Origin: Allobaculum fili
GTDB taxonomy: Bacteria > Bacillota_I > Bacilli_A > Erysipelotrichales > Erysipelotrichaceae
Direction: 5' to 3'
Length of the DNA: 6,392 nt
NCBI RefSeq assembly: GCF_020969955.1
Contig: NZ_JAHDSX010000074.1
Location: 1 to 6,392 of the forward strand
Shown: positions 6,315 to 6,392 of the stretch, in pieces
How positions within the stretch are numbered: the first letter of the stretch is position 1
Layout: each line of letters starts with the position of its first letter
The notes under the pieces: model-generated
Seen by the model: the letters and a program-made list of their open reading frames with translations, nothing else
Database searches by the model: none
Told to the model about the DNA's origin: nothing
Program-made: the position numbers and the translations under genes

Positions 6315-6364
6315 ATACGCTAAACGGGATCCCTTTCGAGATCCCGCTTGGCGTATTTTTTATT
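6315..6364 (+). terminator. Rho-independent terminator after the acetyltransferase gene
   Basis: This is a two-tier hairpin. The outer stem is ATACGC (6315-6320) with GCGTAT (6351-6356). The inner stem is CGGGATC (6325-6331) with GATCCCG (6340-6346), with an 8-nt loop. It is followed by TTTTTTATT. Confidence 0.75.
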
Positions 6365-6392
6365 CTTCATCGTTTTCTTCATACTTCGGATC

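Noticed and set aside
6360-6392. A possible 3' end of a convergent minus-strand CDS (...DPKYEENDEE, stop at 6360-6362) abutting the final terminator hairpin.
   Set aside because: Only 10 codons fall inside the window, which is far too few to separate coding sequence from chance. Sequence beyond 6392 is needed.
1-6392. A window-wide search for CRISPR repeats, IS or transposon inverted repeats, integrase or att-like sites, toxin-antitoxin pairs, and defence or secondary-metabolite genes.
   Set aside because: I found no regularly spaced repeats of 20 bp or longer, no terminal inverted repeats, and no ORFs with transposase, recombinase, nuclease, ATPase or toxin motifs. Every sizeable ORF is explained by the seven ordinary CDSs or by their antisense shadows.

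Overview
This looks like an ordinary chromosomal stretch from a Firmicutes/Clostridia-like genome (strong GGAGG-type Shine-Dalgarno sites, roughly 50% GC), lying just downstream of an rRNA operon. In order: the 3' end of the operon (a compact 5S rRNA and a strong intrinsic terminator); about 480 bp with no convincing gene; a Cof-type HAD phosphatase (+); a convergent MFS transporter (-); a cupin-AraC regulator (+) divergent from the transporter; an O6-alkylguanine-DNA methyltransferase (+) 84 bp behind the regulator with no terminator between them; and, after a terminator, an apparent three-gene unit of MerR-family regulator, flavodoxin-like protein (ATGA start/stop overlap) and Maa/LacA-type sugar O-acetyltransferase. 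All seven CDS calls rest on motifs visible in the supplied translations and on SD-supported starts that I re-derived; several track ORFs are 5'-extended. I found no CRISPR array, transposase, integrase, toxin-antitoxin pair, phage gene or recognisable defence module, so I cannot support a claim of a novel system here. The points worth a second look are small-scale: the unexplained noncoding block after the rRNA operon, a recurring GA(A/G)AATATCA motif in two promoter regions, the AraC-ogt tandem, the SD-less merR start behind a 19-bp-spacer promoter candidate, phased AAAACAG repeats, and a roughly 2.5-fold excess of GATC. All of them are hypotheses that need database or experimental checks.
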